Part shown: positions 63,034-64,000 of the stretch, in pieces
Layout: every line of letters begins with the position of its first letter
Position numbering within the stretch: the stretch's first letter is position 1
Assembly (NCBI RefSeq): GCF_024521635.1
Contig: NW_026250436.1
Coordinates: 1 to 64,000, forward strand
Length of the DNA stretch: 64,000 nucleotides
Direction: 5' to 3'
Source: Tricharina praecox
Lineage: Eukaryota
Translations under genes and position numbers: made by a program
Notes under the pieces: generated by a model
What the model was told of the DNA's origin: nothing
The model's input: only the letters and a program-made list of their open reading frames with translations
The model's database searches: none

Positions 63034-63327
63034 CGCGTGTTTTTTGTTCGGGACTAGTTGTGCGACCGGTTTTTTTGCGTGTAGTAATTGGACTGCGAGT
63101 GTTGAGATGGTGACGGTGGTGGTGGTGGGGAAGTCGTGTCGTTGTCGTGTTATAGGCTAGTTGTCGGCAAAGTCTTGGGAATATTAGAGGTAAGGTGACG
63201 CGTGTGAGGGAAGTTGGGTTTCTGGTTCCAAATCTCACAGACCATTCTTTCTCACCAGCGTGTTCTCCGACAACCAACCAACACCACACACTCACTCACT
63301 CACCACTCAACACATCCCCACACAGCT

Positions 63328-63972
63328 ATGGCCACCATTCCCAGGAAGATTAACACCGTTCAGAACTTGGATGCGCCGTCCAGCTATTTTGAGAAGCGAG
63401 AGGTTCGTGCTGTGCTTCCTTTGTCGCATTAATTCTTTGTCTTCACATGAGCAATTACAGCGACTGACGCACTCCTGTCCGCACAGACCAAACGCCAGCG
63501 TACCGGCGACGCTCCCGCCGCACGCGAAGACCCTCTCAAGGACGCGGCGACTCTCTATGTTGGCAATCTGTACCTCCTCCGTCTCGACCCCCTTCCACCG
63601 CCTACTTTCACTAACAACCACACGCACAGCTCCTTCTACACAACCGAAGAGCAAATACACGAGCTCTTCAGCAAATGCGGCGAGATCAAGCGTCTGGTGA
63701 TGGGACTGGACCGCTTCAACAAGACTCCCTGCGGCTTCTGTTTTGTCGAGTACTACACGCACACGGATGCGCTGGACGCGATGAAATACGTTGGCGGCAC
63801 CAAGCTCGACGAACGTATCATCCGTACCGACCTTGATCCTGGATTCAAGGAAGGACGGCAGTACGGTCGTGGTCCGACCGGAGGCCAGGTTAGAGATTAC
63901 TACCGTGAGGACTATGATCCGGGCCGTGGAGGCTACGGCGGCCGAGAGCAGAGAATTGCAGGGAAGAATTAG
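63328..63972 (+). CDS. CBC2: Nuclear cap-binding complex small subunit (CBP20/NCBP2), 2 introns
   Basis: [67 protein letters not shown] and [10 protein letters not shown]. Confidence 0.97.
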
Positions 63973-64000
63973 GTTCTTGCTCGACTTGTTGGGAACTGAT

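Overview
Eukaryotic DNA from a filamentous ascomycete, with short GT-AG introns and CTRAC branch sites. Pezizomycetes is my guess from gene and transposon style and is not proven. The first ~17 kb is accessory and repeat-rich. It holds a decayed IS630/Tc1/mariner-type transposase gene, two ~515-bp non-autonomous hAT-type MITEs with perfect 8-bp target-site duplications, a Ty1/copia RT-RNase H relic, a dispersed ~170-bp repeat, a gamma-glutamyltranspeptidase gene and an intronless gene for a Kex2-type, 10-cysteine secreted peptide. The rest is a conserved core block: DBP9, IWR1, a kinase-like/ATPase/GAF/HK/REC hybrid histidine kinase (group X type), a BTB protein, leukotriene A4 hydrolase (LAP2), a Cdb4/EBP1-like protein, AKR1 palmitoyltransferase, a Git3/Gpr1-type GPCR behind a ~10-kb gene-free tract, an LrgA-LrgB fusion, NUP82 and CBC2. 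I found no tRNA, rRNA or CRISPR array. I cannot demonstrate a novel system. The best leads are the secreted Cys-rich precursor beside GGT, the MITE pair, the pseudokinase-bearing histidine kinase, and several splicing or translation features. Exon boundaries were read by eye.
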